Below, one piece after another: positions 37,015-46,835 of a DNA stretch of 64,000 nt. How positions within the stretch are numbered: the stretch's first letter is position 1; every line of letters starts with the position of its first letter. This stretch comes from Deltaproteobacteria bacterium (GTDB lineage Bacteria; SAR324; NAC60-12), in assembly GCA_038150265.1 (NCBI GenBank), contig JAYOTF010000006.1:6909-70908 (forward strand). The letters run 5' to 3'. The notes below the pieces were generated by a model that did no database searches, was not told the DNA's origin, and was given only the letters and a program-made list of their open reading frames with translations. The translations under genes were made by a program, and so were the position numbers.

Positions 37015-39576
37015 TTGAACCAGTCGTTTCCTCGCCTCCTCCTTGTGGGGCTGCTCAGTTTGTTCAGCCTGCTGGGGAGCCTGAACTCATTGCAGGCACA
37101 ATCGCCTCTTCCGTCTCTGGGCCCCAAGGGGGTTGCGGACAACCTGCAGATCCGGACCCAGTCCTACAGCATTGACCCTGTGACCGGGGAGGCGCTTTAC
37201 CGAAACGCCTCGCTGTCTTGGGGCGGGCTGACCATTGAAGGCACAGAAGTCCGTTACCTGCCTCAGGAGCGGAAGGTGGTGGCGGAAGGATACGTCCGGG
37301 TGGTGGAAGGAGACATCTTGGCGGTGATGGATCGCCTGGAGTTCCAGTTGGCTGATGGCTCGGCTCAGTTTTACAACGCGACCGTCTTTGACAGCCGAAC
37401 CCGTGCCTACTTGACCGCTGAGTCGGTCACGCGGATCGGGGAAAACCACTACCTTGCCGAGGGGTGTTCCTTCACGACCTGCAACCCGCAGTCTCCCGTG
37501 TGGGAAATCCGGGGCAGTGAGGTCAACTACTACGGCGAAAACTTCTCCTCGTCGTTGGGCACCAGCCTCCGGGTTGGAGGAGTGCCGGTGTTTTACTTCC
37601 CGTACCTCGCCTGGCCAACGGTGACCCGTCGGCAGTCCGGATTCCTTCCTCCGGAGTACTCCATCACGCGGAGCAGCCTCCGAAAGTTTGACCTCGGCTA
37701 CCGCCTGGGCCTTCCCTACTTCTGGGCCATTGATCCGGAACAGGACCTGACGGTGACCTACGACTGGGTGGAGCGCCGGGGGCCCGGATTGCGGCTGGAC
37801 TACCAGTACGCGTTTACTGAGGGCATGCGTGGCGAAATCAAGGGGCAGCGCTTTGAAGAGCGCGATCCACGCGATCCAGAACAGGAAGCGGGGAGCCTCA
37901 GTCCAGAGGAGGTGGAGCAGTCGGACTTGCATCCGGACCGTTTCAAGTTCGAGTTCAACCACAACCAGAGCCTGGATGAAGCGACCCGCCTGATTGCTTC
38001 CGGACTGGTGTACAGCGACAGCCAGTTTCAGAAGGAGTATGAACTGACGGAGGATCCGGATCCCAACTATGCTCAGCGCTTCAAGTTTGCCCTCAGCCGA
38101 CAGTTTCAGAACAGCAGCCTGTCGCTTTCAGCGACTCAGGAGCGAATTTATGCGGGAAACGAAATTGCGGTGCTGAACAACGCAATTGACCAGACCACTC
38201 AGCAGAGTCTGCCGACCGTTGAGTTTCGGTGGGCCGACACGGTGTGGCGCAGCAAGGAATCGGTCTTCAGCCTCAGCCTTGCTGGAACCCACACCCGTTT
38301 TTACAGTGAAAAGAACATCAACGGCCTCGGCTCGGTGCTGAATCCAGGGGCGCGGTTCCGGACCAGCCTGGGCGTGCTGGGAGTCAACGCGGGGATCAGC
38401 AAAAAGCTGTCGGCGTATCGGGTCTGGGGGGCGTCCACCGATTCCAGTGGGGAGTACTCCTTCAACGTGAGCCTGGGAGACGTGGCACTTGATACCATCA
38501 TCTCTCGGACCTTTACGCTGGATAATGATTACTACAGCCGAGCCAAACACCGCATCGTTCCGCAACTGAAGTACGAGTACATTGAAGACGTCCCGCAGGA
38601 GTTTAACGGAGCCACTCCGCCCCTGGGAGGAGGGCTGTTTACACGCCGCCTGGCCACCCTGAAGCTGGAGAACCAGTTTCTGGTCAAGCGTCGGATTTAC
38701 GAACGGAGTGTCAAGGTGACGCTGCAGACCCTGACGCAGCTGCGGCAGTCGGGAGTGGAGGAGCTGATGGTGCAGCGTCTGGAACGCCTGCAGGGGCGGG
38801 AGTTTCCGAATGAGGCCACCCTGGAGCGTGCCGTGACCCTGATTTTGGGAAAGGAAAACCCGGAGGTGCTGGACCAATTGGTGGCGTTTGCTGAACAGGG
38901 CACCGCCCAACGTCTGACTGGACTGGCCCGTCGCTCTGAGCAAGAAGGGGATGCCGAAGTCTTTGGACGCCTGACGCTGACCCAGCCTTATGATTTCCTG
39001 AAGGTGAGTCCGGAGTTTCAGGCAATCGGTCCCACCCCCAAGGGCAATGAGACGGATCCGGGAGAACCGTTGCTGCCCTTGCGGACCGACCTCTCCCTGA
39101 CGCCCAACCCGAGCATTGGGGTGAACTTCTTCAATCGCTACCATCACCAGAAGCATCGGGTCGTCGAATATGGCCTGGGCGTCAAGGTGGGACTTTCGGC
39201 ACGCAACAAGGCCTCGGTCAACTTCCGGGAAAACGAATACGACTACATCACGCCCTACGGTGCAGAGTACGCGGCTGCCCGGACCTTTGGATTCAGCAAC
39301 AGCTACGAACTCAGCGATACCCTGTCCATGGGAATTGCCGGTACCTTTGACCTGCAACCGGAGAGCTCTTTTCAGCGGCGCCTCACGGAAAACTCCTTCT
39401 TTATGAACTATGCCCCCGATTGCTGGCGGATCAGCATTAGTTTGGAGGAACGCGCGGCCTCAACGCTGACCAGCAACGAACAGGAGGTGGAGTACGTGGA
39501 GCGGACCATCTACGCCAACATTTCGCTCGGGGGCGTGGACCTGCCGGAGCAGACCCTTCCGGGAGTGGGACAATGA
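37015..39576 (+). CDS. lptD: LPS-assembly protein LptD
   Basis: Signal peptide; FTTC.P..P.W, GVPVFYFPY, RQSGFLPP, PYFWAI.P.QDLT, KHRIVP, Y.PDCW. Confidence 0.9.
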   Translation: MNQSFPRLLLVGLLSLFSLLGSLNSLQAQSPLPSLGPKGVADNLQIRTQSYSIDPVTGEALYRNASLSWGGLTIEGTEVRYLPQERKVVAEGYVRVVEGDILAVMDRLEFQLADGSAQFYNATVFDSRTRAYLTAESVTRIGENHYLAEGCSFTTCNPQSPVWEIRGSEVNYYGENFSSSLGTSLRVGGVPVFYFPYLAWPTVTRRQSGFLPPEYSITRSSLRKFDLGYRLGLPYFWAIDPEQDLTVTYDWVERRGPGLRLDYQYAFTEGMRGEIKGQRFEERDPRDPEQEAGSLSPEEVEQSDLHPDRFKFEFNHNQSLDEATRLIASGLVYSDSQFQKEYELTEDPDPNYAQRFKFALSRQFQNSSLSLSATQERIYAGNEIAVLNNAIDQTTQQSLPTVEFRWADTVWRSKESVFSLSLAGTHTRFYSEKNINGLGSVLNPGARFRTSLGVLGVNAGISKKLSAYRVWGASTDSSGEYSFNVSLGDVALDTIISRTFTLDNDYYSRAKHRIVPQLKYEYIEDVPQEFNGATPPLGGGLFTRRLATLKLENQFLVKRRIYERSVKVTLQTLTQLRQSGVEELMVQRLERLQGREFPNEATLERAVTLILGKENPEVLDQLVAFAEQGTAQRLTGLARRSEQEGDAEVFGRLTLTQPYDFLKVSPEFQAIGPTPKGNETDPGEPLLPLRTDLSLTPNPSIGVNFFNRYHHQKHRVVEYGLGVKVGLSARNKASVNFRENEYDYITPYGAEYAAARTFGFSNSYELSDTLSMGIAGTFDLQPESSFQRRLTENSFFMNYAPDCWRISISLEERAASTLTSNEQEVEYVERTIYANISLGGVDLPEQTLPGVGQ

Positions 39577-40271
39577 GCCCCAAGTGGATCCGATGGAGCT
39601 GGGGAATCGGGGTGGCGCTGCTGCTTGCCGCAGGCAGTGCAGGCGCTCAGGAACCAGACCAGGCGCCTGCTGATGAACCGACCATGGCGGAACGGAGCCT
39701 GGAGTTCCGGAAGCCGACCAAGCCTCCGAGCTTTCTCAATGAAGGGCGTCCGGTCCCCTGGATCGGGATCTACTTTGGGGTGGGCCTGCGAGACGTTGGC
39801 TTCACGCTGGAGGGACAGCCAGAGGTGCGCTCACGAGAGGGGCTGAGCAATGGAGCGGGCTTTGACCTGGGCTTCTTCTGGGACCGCCAATCCATTGAGT
39901 ACACCCGGCACCTGTCGTTTGTTGAGCTGCAGGCCCCCACCGAGCTTCAGGACAGCACCGGCTCACAGTTGGAGGTGGAGCAGCACACGATCTGGTGGAG
40001 CGCCTTTCCGCTCAGGTGGAAGGACTGGCACTTCATGGGAAGCGCCGGACCTCAATTTTCCCGAGTTCGTCTGGCAGACACAGCTCAGGGGTACCTGAAT
40101 GAAGCGTCCCTTGCAGTCGGCGCCGGAGTCGCTTATTTTCCTTCAAGGAGCCTGATGCTGATGTACCGGGCGTCTTATGCGCAACGGCTGCTGGGGATGA
40201 GCGACAGCCGACCCGCCCTGGCGCGCTCGCAGCTTCATGCCCTTTTCATCAACTACTACTTTTCGCTGTAA
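39573..40271 (+). CDS. small outer-membrane beta-barrel-like protein
   Basis: Signal peptide; alternating amphipathic strands, VGAGVAYF, C-terminal FINYYFSL; ATGA overlap with lptD. Confidence 0.6.
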   Translation: MSPKWIRWSWGIGVALLLAAGSAGAQEPDQAPADEPTMAERSLEFRKPTKPPSFLNEGRPVPWIGIYFGVGLRDVGFTLEGQPEVRSREGLSNGAGFDLGFFWDRQSIEYTRHLSFVELQAPTELQDSTGSQLEVEQHTIWWSAFPLRWKDWHFMGSAGPQFSRVRLADTAQGYLNEASLAVGAGVAYFPSRSLMLMYRASYAQRLLGMSDSRPALARSQLHALFINYYFSL

Positions 40272-40334
40272 ACCGACGGCTCCGGCATCCGGAGGCGACC
40301 GGCAAGCGAGGAGCTTCACTTTTTGGAGGAATTC

Positions 40335-41636
40335 ATGGATCCGCATTCACCCACTCTGCATCCCATTGAAACAGCCAGTCAGGATGAACTGCAGGCGCTG
40401 CAACTCGAACGGCTGCAGAGCACCTTGCGACGTGCGTATGACAACGTGGCCCACTACCGCCAGGCGTTTGATGCGGCCGGAGTGCATCCGGACGACTGCC
40501 AGTCACTGCAGGATCTGGCGAAATTTCCCTTCACGGCCAAAGCCGACCTGCGGGCAAACTACCCGTTTGGCATGTTTGCCGTGCCCCGTGAGCAGGTGGT
40601 TCGGGTGCATGCCTCGAGTGGCACGACCGGGAAGCCAACGGTGGTGGGGTACACGCAAAATGACCTGAACGTCTGGGCCGATGTCTGTGCCCGCAGCATC
40701 TGGGCGTCTGGAGGACGTCCAGGGCAGATCGTGCATGTCGCCTACGGTTACGGCCTGTTTACGGGGGGGCTGGGCGCACACTATGGGGCCGAGCGTCTCG
40801 GGTGCACCGTGGTTCCCGTGTCCGGAGGCATGACGGAGCGGCAGGTGCAGCTGATCCAGGACTTCCAGCCTGACGTCATCATGGTGACCCCTTCGTACCT
40901 GCTGGTGATTGCAGACGAGTTTGTGCGTCAGGGGCTGGATCCACGCCAGTGCTCCCTCAAAACGGGCATTTTTGGGGCCGAGCCGTGGACGCCGAAGATG
41001 CGCACTGAAATCGAGCAAGCCTTTGACCTGAATGCGGTGGACATCTATGGCCTCTCCGAGGTGATGGGCCCCGGAGTTGCCAATGAGTGCGTTCAGGAAA
41101 AATCGGGGCTGTACGTGTGGGAGGATCACTTCTATCCGGAGGTGATTGACCCGGAAACGGGAGCGGTACTGGAAGACGGGCAGCAAGGCGAGCTGGTGTT
41201 TACGTCTTTGACGAAAGAGGCCTTTCCGATCATCCGCTACCGGACTCGAGACCTGACCCGCTTGCTTCCGGGGGTGGGACGGGTGATGCGACGCATGGAA
41301 AAGGTGACAGGGCGCTCTGACGACATGATGATCATCCGGGGCGTCAACGTGTTCCCGACTCAGATCGAAGAGATCCTGCTGGAAGATCCGGTGCTGTCTC
41401 CGAATTATCAGATTGAACTGCGGCGGCAGGATCGACTGGACACCATGACCCTGCTGGTGGAGCCCAAACCCAGCCAGGGCAGTGCTGAGGAGCTGAAGGA
41501 AAGCTGCGCGCGACTGGCACACCAGATCAAGGGACGGGTGGGCATCAGCGCAGAGATCCAGCTGATGGACGTCGGAGGGGTGGAGCGCTCCATGGGGAAG
41601 GCCCGCCGGGTGGTTGACTACCGGCCCAAGGACTGA
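40335..41636 (+). CDS. paaK: phenylacetate-CoA ligase
   Basis: YPFGMFAVPRE, HASSGTTGKPTVVGYT, YGYGLFTGGLGAHYG, DIYGLSEVMGPGV, RYRTRD; SD ggagg. Confidence 0.95.
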   Translation: MDPHSPTLHPIETASQDELQALQLERLQSTLRRAYDNVAHYRQAFDAAGVHPDDCQSLQDLAKFPFTAKADLRANYPFGMFAVPREQVVRVHASSGTTGKPTVVGYTQNDLNVWADVCARSIWASGGRPGQIVHVAYGYGLFTGGLGAHYGAERLGCTVVPVSGGMTERQVQLIQDFQPDVIMVTPSYLLVIADEFVRQGLDPRQCSLKTGIFGAEPWTPKMRTEIEQAFDLNAVDIYGLSEVMGPGVANECVQEKSGLYVWEDHFYPEVIDPETGAVLEDGQQGELVFTSLTKEAFPIIRYRTRDLTRLLPGVGRVMRRMEKVTGRSDDMMIIRGVNVFPTQIEEILLEDPVLSPNYQIELRRQDRLDTMTLLVEPKPSQGSAEELKESCARLAHQIKGRVGISAEIQLMDVGGVERSMGKARRVVDYRPKD

Positions 41637-41639
41637 GGC

Positions 41640-42155
41640 TCAGGCCTGTGCCAGCACCTCATTGCTGATGTTGGGGGCATCGCTCTTGACGCACAGGACC
41701 GGACAGGAGGCGTACCGCATGACCTTTTCGGCAACGCTGCCTTTCATGCTGTAGGCCAAGCCCTTGTAGCCGTGGCTGCCAAGGATGATCATGTCTGCCT
41801 GAGACTCCCGGGCAAACCGGATGATTTCCGAGACGAGGTCTCCTTCGGCAAAAGCCAGTGAGGCATTGGGCAGCAAACGGTTCCGGAGGCCTTCAAAGTG
41901 CGTCAGGTCACCTTCAGAAGGAGCCGCCTCGCTGGTCTCGCCAGCCCACTCGTGCTCATGCGTTCGTTCAAAGACGTGCAGGAGCAGCACCTCGGCTCCA
42001 TGCTGCTGGCTCAGGGCATGAGCGTAACAGAGGGCAGCGAGTGACTCCGGAGTCCGGTCGGTGGGCACCAAAATGCGTTGGATGGATAAGATGGGCGGGG
42101 AGTGCGTCAAATCTTCCAGCGGTGATTCGGTGGTCGGTATCGAAGCTTCGAGCAT
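41640..42155 (-). CDS. universal stress protein
   Basis: RILVPTD, LLHV, ADMIILGSHG, GSVAEKVMRYASCPVLCV. Confidence 0.92.
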   Translation of the reverse strand: MLEASIPTTESPLEDLTHSPPILSIQRILVPTDRTPESLAALCYAHALSQQHGAEVLLLHVFERTHEHEWAGETSEAAPSEGDLTHFEGLRNRLLPNASLAFAEGDLVSEIIRFARESQADMIILGSHGYKGLAYSMKGSVAEKVMRYASCPVLCVKSDAPNISNEVLAQA

Positions 42156-42378
42156 GGCATGGCCTCTTTGGAAAAACAGCAAGCTCAGTTCCGGCTCTCC
42201 GCCGGCTCTGAAAGAGGAGCCGAAGCTTCGCAAGCTCAGAGGAAAAAGAAACGGGAGCAAACACCTCCTAATGAAGGTTTGCGGTATTTCTAGAATTTCG
42301 AAATACGCCCTCACCTGCCATAGGGAATTCTACTTAGGGCTCTAAAAATTCTGAAAAATCAGTATTTTTAGATGGAGG

Positions 42379-43827
42379 CTAAGCTGCTTGAGGAGCCGAG
42401 GAAGAAGGCTCGGAAAGAGGAGTGGGGGAGGGGATTTCGAGGCAGAACCGGCTTCCTTTTCCAGGAATGCTGGACACGAGAATGCGGCCTCCGTGGGCCT
42501 GAGCGATGTGCTTGACGATGGCAAGTCCGAGTCCGGTGCCGCCCACCTTGCGGCTCCGGGCCTTGTCCACGCGGTAGAAGCGCTCAAACAGGCGATCGAG
42601 GTGCTTGGCTTCAATGCCCATGCCCTGGTCCTGAACGGCCAGGAAGAGGTGGTCGTGTTCCTGGTAGACGCGGATGGTCACCTGCGTTTCGGGCTCACTG
42701 TACTTGATCGCGTTGTCGATCAGGTTCACCAGCGCCTGCTCCAGCAGCGGCGGGTTGATGTAGCCCTGCAGGAGTTCCGGACATTCCTCCACCAGTTCAA
42801 TGCCCTTGGGCTGAGCCTTGAGTTCGCAGGTCTGGACCGCCTGATGGACCACGCTGGAAAGCTGGTGCCACGACAGCTCCAGCGCTTTCCCAGGCTCTCC
42901 TTGCTCAATTCGGGACAAAATCAGCAGGTCGTCAATGATGGCATTGAGCCGATCGGCATGCCGTCCGGCAATTTCCAGAAACCGCCGGGCGACCTCCGGC
43001 TCCTCAAGCGCTCCGGTCAACAGCGTCTCCACGGCTCCTTTCACGGAAGTGATCGGGGTCTTGAGCTCATGGGACACGTTGGCGACAAAGTCCCGCCGGA
43101 TGGTCTCCAGACGCTGCAAACGCGTGATGTCTGAAAAGAGGATCAAGGCGCCAGAGCGTCGCCCCTGAGCATCTCGAAGAGTGGAGCCGTTGATGCGCAG
43201 GAACAACTCCTCGTCTTCCACCATCAGCGGCACGTCGATTTCTTCCAGCGGCTCGCCCCGGAGCAGGCGCTCAAGGCTCTTGTGCATGCGGAAGTTGCGA
43301 ATGATCTCCCGGAAGTCTCGGCCAACGGCCTCTTCGTAGGAAAAGTGCAGGAGCTGCGCTGCGACTCGGTTGGTCCGGACAATCCGAGACTGCAGATCCA
43401 CGGCCACAAAGCCTTCCATCAGTCCATCCAGCAGCAGATTTTGCTCCTCAAAACGACTTTGCTGCAGAGCCAGCTTCTGGTCCCGTTCCTGGAGGAGCGT
43501 CTTGAGGCGCGTTGCGATTTCCGCCAGCTCCCGAGGCTCCGGAATGGGGAGCCGTTCCGCCTCCAGCTGCCCAGACTGCAGGTCCTGCAGCGACTCCCGG
43601 AAGCGCCGCAGGTGCCGCCGCAGGTTCCGGGAAAGCAACTCCACACTCAAGGCACCGAGCACCAGCACCCCTGCCACCCCCAGCAGCAGCTCGGTCCGGA
43701 GCAGCTTGGCTTGGGCGATGGGCAATTGATCGAGCATCCCCCAGAGCCGCCCCAACACCAACAGGAGGAGGGCGCTGATGGCCAGAAAGGCAAACCAGAG
43801 CAGGTGGTAGAGGCGAGGACGTTTCAT
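42379..43827 (-). CDS. phoR: PhoR-like sensor histidine kinase (TM, HAMP, PAS, HisKA, HATPase)
   Basis: RRDFVANVSHELKTPIT, NLIDNAIKYS, DQGMGI, RFYRVDKARSRKVGGTGLGLAIVKH. Confidence 0.9.
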   Translation of the reverse strand: MKRPRLYHLLWFAFLAISALLLLVLGRLWGMLDQLPIAQAKLLRTELLLGVAGVLVLGALSVELLSRNLRRHLRRFRESLQDLQSGQLEAERLPIPEPRELAEIATRLKTLLQERDQKLALQQSRFEEQNLLLDGLMEGFVAVDLQSRIVRTNRVAAQLLHFSYEEAVGRDFREIIRNFRMHKSLERLLRGEPLEEIDVPLMVEDEELFLRINGSTLRDAQGRRSGALILFSDITRLQRLETIRRDFVANVSHELKTPITSVKGAVETLLTGALEEPEVARRFLEIAGRHADRLNAIIDDLLILSRIEQGEPGKALELSWHQLSSVVHQAVQTCELKAQPKGIELVEECPELLQGYINPPLLEQALVNLIDNAIKYSEPETQVTIRVYQEHDHLFLAVQDQGMGIEAKHLDRLFERFYRVDKARSRKVGGTGLGLAIVKHIAQAHGGRILVSSIPGKGSRFCLEIPSPTPLSEPSSSAPQAA

Positions 43828-43829
43828 GC

Positions 43830-44525
43830 TCAATCTCGATCCTTGAAGCGGTAGCCAATGCCGCGGACCGTCTCAATGAGGCTGCCACGGGTGCCCAGTT
43901 TCTTGCGGAGGCCCACGATCTGAACGTCAATCGCTCGATCCGTGACGGCATAATCTTCTCCCCGGACCGCATCAATGATCTGATCGCGCGTGTACACCCA
44001 ACCCGGGTGCCGAGCGAGGAAGTGCAGGATCTTGAACTCCGTGAGGGTCAGGTGAATGGGCTCGTCGTCGAGGCTGACTTCGTGGCGCCCCGGGTGAATC
44101 CGGAGGCCATCCATGCTCAGGGTCGCCTCTTCGCTCACCACCTCGGCCCCGGAACGGCGACGCAAGACGGTCCGGACCCGCGCCAGCAGAACCCGGGGGC
44201 TGAAGGGCTTGGTGATGTAATCATCCGCGCCCATCTCGAGGCCAGAGACGACGTCAGCGTCCTCGCTCTTGGCGGTGAGCATCACCACCGGAATGTGCCG
44301 GGTCTTTTCGCTCTGCTTGAGGATCCGGCACAGGTCGAGCCCGCCAATTCCCGGAAGCATCAGGTCCAGGAGAATCAGGTCCGGATTCTTCTGAGCCACC
44401 AACGGACGGGCCTGCTCACCGGAAAGAGCGCTCACCACCTGGTACCCTTCCTTCTCCAGGTTGTAGCGAACCAGCTCCAAAATGTCCTCTTCGTCTTCCA
44501 CCACCAGTATGATTGGTTTGCTCAT
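43830..44525 (-). CDS. phoB: PhoB-like OmpR-family response regulator
   Basis: ILVVEDE, LLDLMLP, MLTAK, GADDYITKPFSPR, R.IDVQI..LRKKLG, IETVRGIGYRF. Confidence 0.9.
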   Translation of the reverse strand: MSKPIILVVEDEEDILELVRYNLEKEGYQVVSALSGEQARPLVAQKNPDLILLDLMLPGIGGLDLCRILKQSEKTRHIPVVMLTAKSEDADVVSGLEMGADDYITKPFSPRVLLARVRTVLRRRSGAEVVSEEATLSMDGLRIHPGRHEVSLDDEPIHLTLTEFKILHFLARHPGWVYTRDQIIDAVRGEDYAVTDRAIDVQIVGLRKKLGTRGSLIETVRGIGYRFKDRD

Positions 44526-44566
44526 GGGATCCTCATTCGGATTAACAAAACCCTTATCTTCTCCGG

Positions 44567-44599
44567 TAATCATTAGTTTTTTGTTAGGTTTGAATTAGG
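44567..44599 (-). promoter_or_regulatory. Pho-box-like 11-bp direct repeats upstream of phoB
   Basis: Minus strand cCTAATtcaaa-cCTAACaaaaa-aCTAATgatta; plus-strand TTAG at 44573, 44584 and 44595 gives an exact 11-bp period. Confidence 0.6.
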
Positions 44600-44632
44600 G
44601 TTCAGGAGGGCCATGAAATGAGGGGAATCCGT

Positions 44633-44866
44633 TCAGGAAAGCTGCAGTTCGCGGGTCAGCCAGGTTGGGAATTCAGGAATCTGTTCCGGAAGCACCACGC
44701 GGCCGTGGTGTCGGCTGTCCGCATAGCGGAGCAGCAGAGTTGCGGGGCGCCATCCGGAACGAACCCGGTGGAGCAGCTGGGGAAAGTCAGGAGGCCAGAA
44801 GTAAAGAGGCTCCACATGAGCCCCCTCCTGGACTTCAACCAAGGTAACGGTGGGTCGGGAACACAT
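44633..44866 (-). CDS. small hypothetical protein
   Basis: 77-codon ATG ORF with upstream ggagg, filling the rluD-phoB gap. Confidence 0.35.
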   Translation of the reverse strand: MCSRPTVTLVEVQEGAHVEPLYFWPPDFPQLLHRVRSGWRPATLLLRYADSRHHGRVVLPEQIPEFPTWLTRELQLS

Positions 44867-44948
44867 GGGGTTGCCTCCGGCCGAGAGTGATCCAGCGCCA
44901 CTCTAGCAAAAAAGCCACCCGAGGCCAAATGAGAAGTGGGCGGTCGCT

Positions 44949-45917
44949 TTAAGAAAGCGGCGCCGGGGCCTCTTTTCGCAGCAGCTCCAGCAGCGCTTGC
45001 AGGTCTTCCGGGAGGCGCGTCTTGAAGGTCATGGGCTTCCCCGAGACAGGGTGGCGGAACCCCAGCAATTCGGCGTGGAGCGCCTGCCGGGGGAAGTCGG
45101 CGAGCGCTTGCCGAAGCCGGGGGGAGAGTCCGGAGAGGCGATTGAGAGGAGAGCGTCCATACTGAGGATCTCCCAGCAGCGGGTGCCCGAGGTGCGTCAG
45201 GTGCACACGAATCTGGTGCGTCCGTCCGGTCTCCAGGCGGCACGCCAGGCGGGTCAGTTGGGAAAAGCGTTCGGTGACGCGCCAGTGCGTGACGGCTCGC
45301 CGCCCCCGTTCCTGCACCGCGACCTCCTTGCGGCGGACGGGGTGGCGTCCCAGGGGGGCATCAACAACGCCTTGATCGTCGGCAAACCGTCCCCAGACAA
45401 TCGCCTGGTACTGGCGCTTCACGGAGTGTGCGCGGAACTGCTCGCTCAGGCTCTGGTGGGCCAGGTCGTTTTTGGCAACAACGAGGATGCCGGAGGTGTC
45501 CTTGTCAATGCGGTGGACAATGCCCGGCCGCAGGTATCCGCCCACGCCGGTCAGGTCCTGACAGTGGTGCAGCAGGTAGTTGACGAGGGTTCCGGAAGCG
45601 TGCCCGGGTGCTGGGTGAGTGACCATGCCCGCGGGTTTGTTGACCACAATCAGCGCCGCATCCTCATGCAGCACCTCCAGGTCTCCTGCTTCCGGAAGCA
45701 CCTGCAGCTCTTCCGGCTCCGGAAGCTCCACCACAATTTCATCCTGAAGCTGAAGCCGCCGAGAGGCATCGGGCTGTGGGGCACCGTTTTGCTGCACGGC
45801 GCCTTCCTGAATGAGACGCTGGGCGGCAGACCGTGAGGCAATCTCGGGCTGTTTGCCCAGAAAGCGATCCAGGCGCATTCCGGGCTCGTCGCAGATAAAG
45901 GTGAGGCGCGTGTTCAT
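44949..45917 (-). CDS. rluD: RluA/RluD-family pseudouridine synthase
   Basis: S4 domain (RLDRFL), VVNKPAGMVTHP, HRIDKDTSG, LETGRTHQIRVH, RQALHA. Confidence 0.95.
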   Translation of the reverse strand: MNTRLTFICDEPGMRLDRFLGKQPEIASRSAAQRLIQEGAVQQNGAPQPDASRRLQLQDEIVVELPEPEELQVLPEAGDLEVLHEDAALIVVNKPAGMVTHPAPGHASGTLVNYLLHHCQDLTGVGGYLRPGIVHRIDKDTSGILVVAKNDLAHQSLSEQFRAHSVKRQYQAIVWGRFADDQGVVDAPLGRHPVRRKEVAVQERGRRAVTHWRVTERFSQLTRLACRLETGRTHQIRVHLTHLGHPLLGDPQYGRSPLNRLSGLSPRLRQALADFPRQALHAELLGFRHPVSGKPMTFKTRLPEDLQALLELLRKEAPAPLS

Positions 45918-45929
45918 GAAGCAGCGGAG

Positions 45930-46829
45930 TTACGGGAGCAGCGCCCAGGTTTCATCAGGTGTGTTGTCGTCCATCAAGAGGTCGAGCAGGCGGATCAACC
46001 GAGGCCAGTAGGTTTCGCCGTAGCGCGACAGCATCTGGATGTGCCCCCCACCTTCAATGGTCCAGAGCAGTTTGGGGTCCTGGGCGGCATCAAACAGGCG
46101 CTCCACGTTCGCATACGGCACAATCGGGTCCTCGGTTCCGTGAACCAGCAGCAGCGGAATGGGGGCAATGCGTTCCACCTGCCGAACGGCCGCGTGCGTG
46201 TCATCAAAGAAAACCTGGGCCAGGGGCTTGCGGAAGATCCGGACGACCCCAATCGGGTCGAGCTTCTCTTCCACAATCTTGGTGTAAGACGAGAAGGCCG
46301 ACTCCGAAACCACCCCGGCCAGCTCCTCCGGATGCCGGCGTCCCACCCAGTCCAGCGCCACCGATCCTCCGAGGCTTTGGGCGAACACGACAATCTGCCC
46401 AGGCTGAGTCTCCGGACGTTTCAGCAGGTAGGCCCAGGCGGCATCGGCATCGGCCAGCAAGCCTTCCGGACTCGGTTCTCCTTCAGAAAGCCCATACCCG
46501 CGGTAGTCAAAGATCAGCAGGTTGTATCCGGCTTCAACAAAGCCCTTGGCGATGAGGTAGTAGTGGCTGATGTTGTGGGCATTGCCGTGAAAGAACAGGA
46601 CGGATCCCTGAGCAGGGCGCTGCTTGCCGAAGATGTACCAGGCATGCAGCTTGACGCCGTCTGCTGTGGTGAAGGTGACCTCTTCATACGCGTCTCCAAA
46701 CATTTCCGGAGTGAAGAAGCGGCGCTGCGAGGGGTAGTAGAAGACCGACTGACACCCGGTCAGCAGGAGCAGCAACAGGCACCCAAGCCTCAGGACGTGA
46801 ACGGAAGAGCGATGGGGGAAAACCGGCAT
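45930..46829 (-). CDS. alpha/beta hydrolase lipoprotein (YfhR/ABHD-like)
   Basis: Lipobox LTG-C; FFHGNA, DYRGYGLSEG.P, AQSLGG, HGTED.IVP, GGH. Confidence 0.88.
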   Translation of the reverse strand: MPVFPHRSSVHVLRLGCLLLLLLTGCQSVFYYPSQRRFFTPEMFGDAYEEVTFTTADGVKLHAWYIFGKQRPAQGSVLFFHGNAHNISHYYLIAKGFVEAGYNLLIFDYRGYGLSEGEPSPEGLLADADAAWAYLLKRPETQPGQIVVFAQSLGGSVALDWVGRRHPEELAGVVSESAFSSYTKIVEEKLDPIGVVRIFRKPLAQVFFDDTHAAVRQVERIAPIPLLLVHGTEDPIVPYANVERLFDAAQDPKLLWTIEGGGHIQMLSRYGETYWPRLIRLLDLLMDDNTPDETWALLP

Positions 46830-46835
46830 GAGCCC

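Noticed and set aside
42156..42314. Extended N-termini in the ORF track (usp here; also dnaB, hemJ, nagZ, rpiA and the helicase)
   Set aside because: The extensions overlap neighbouring genes or spacers and lack family similarity, so downstream starts were used
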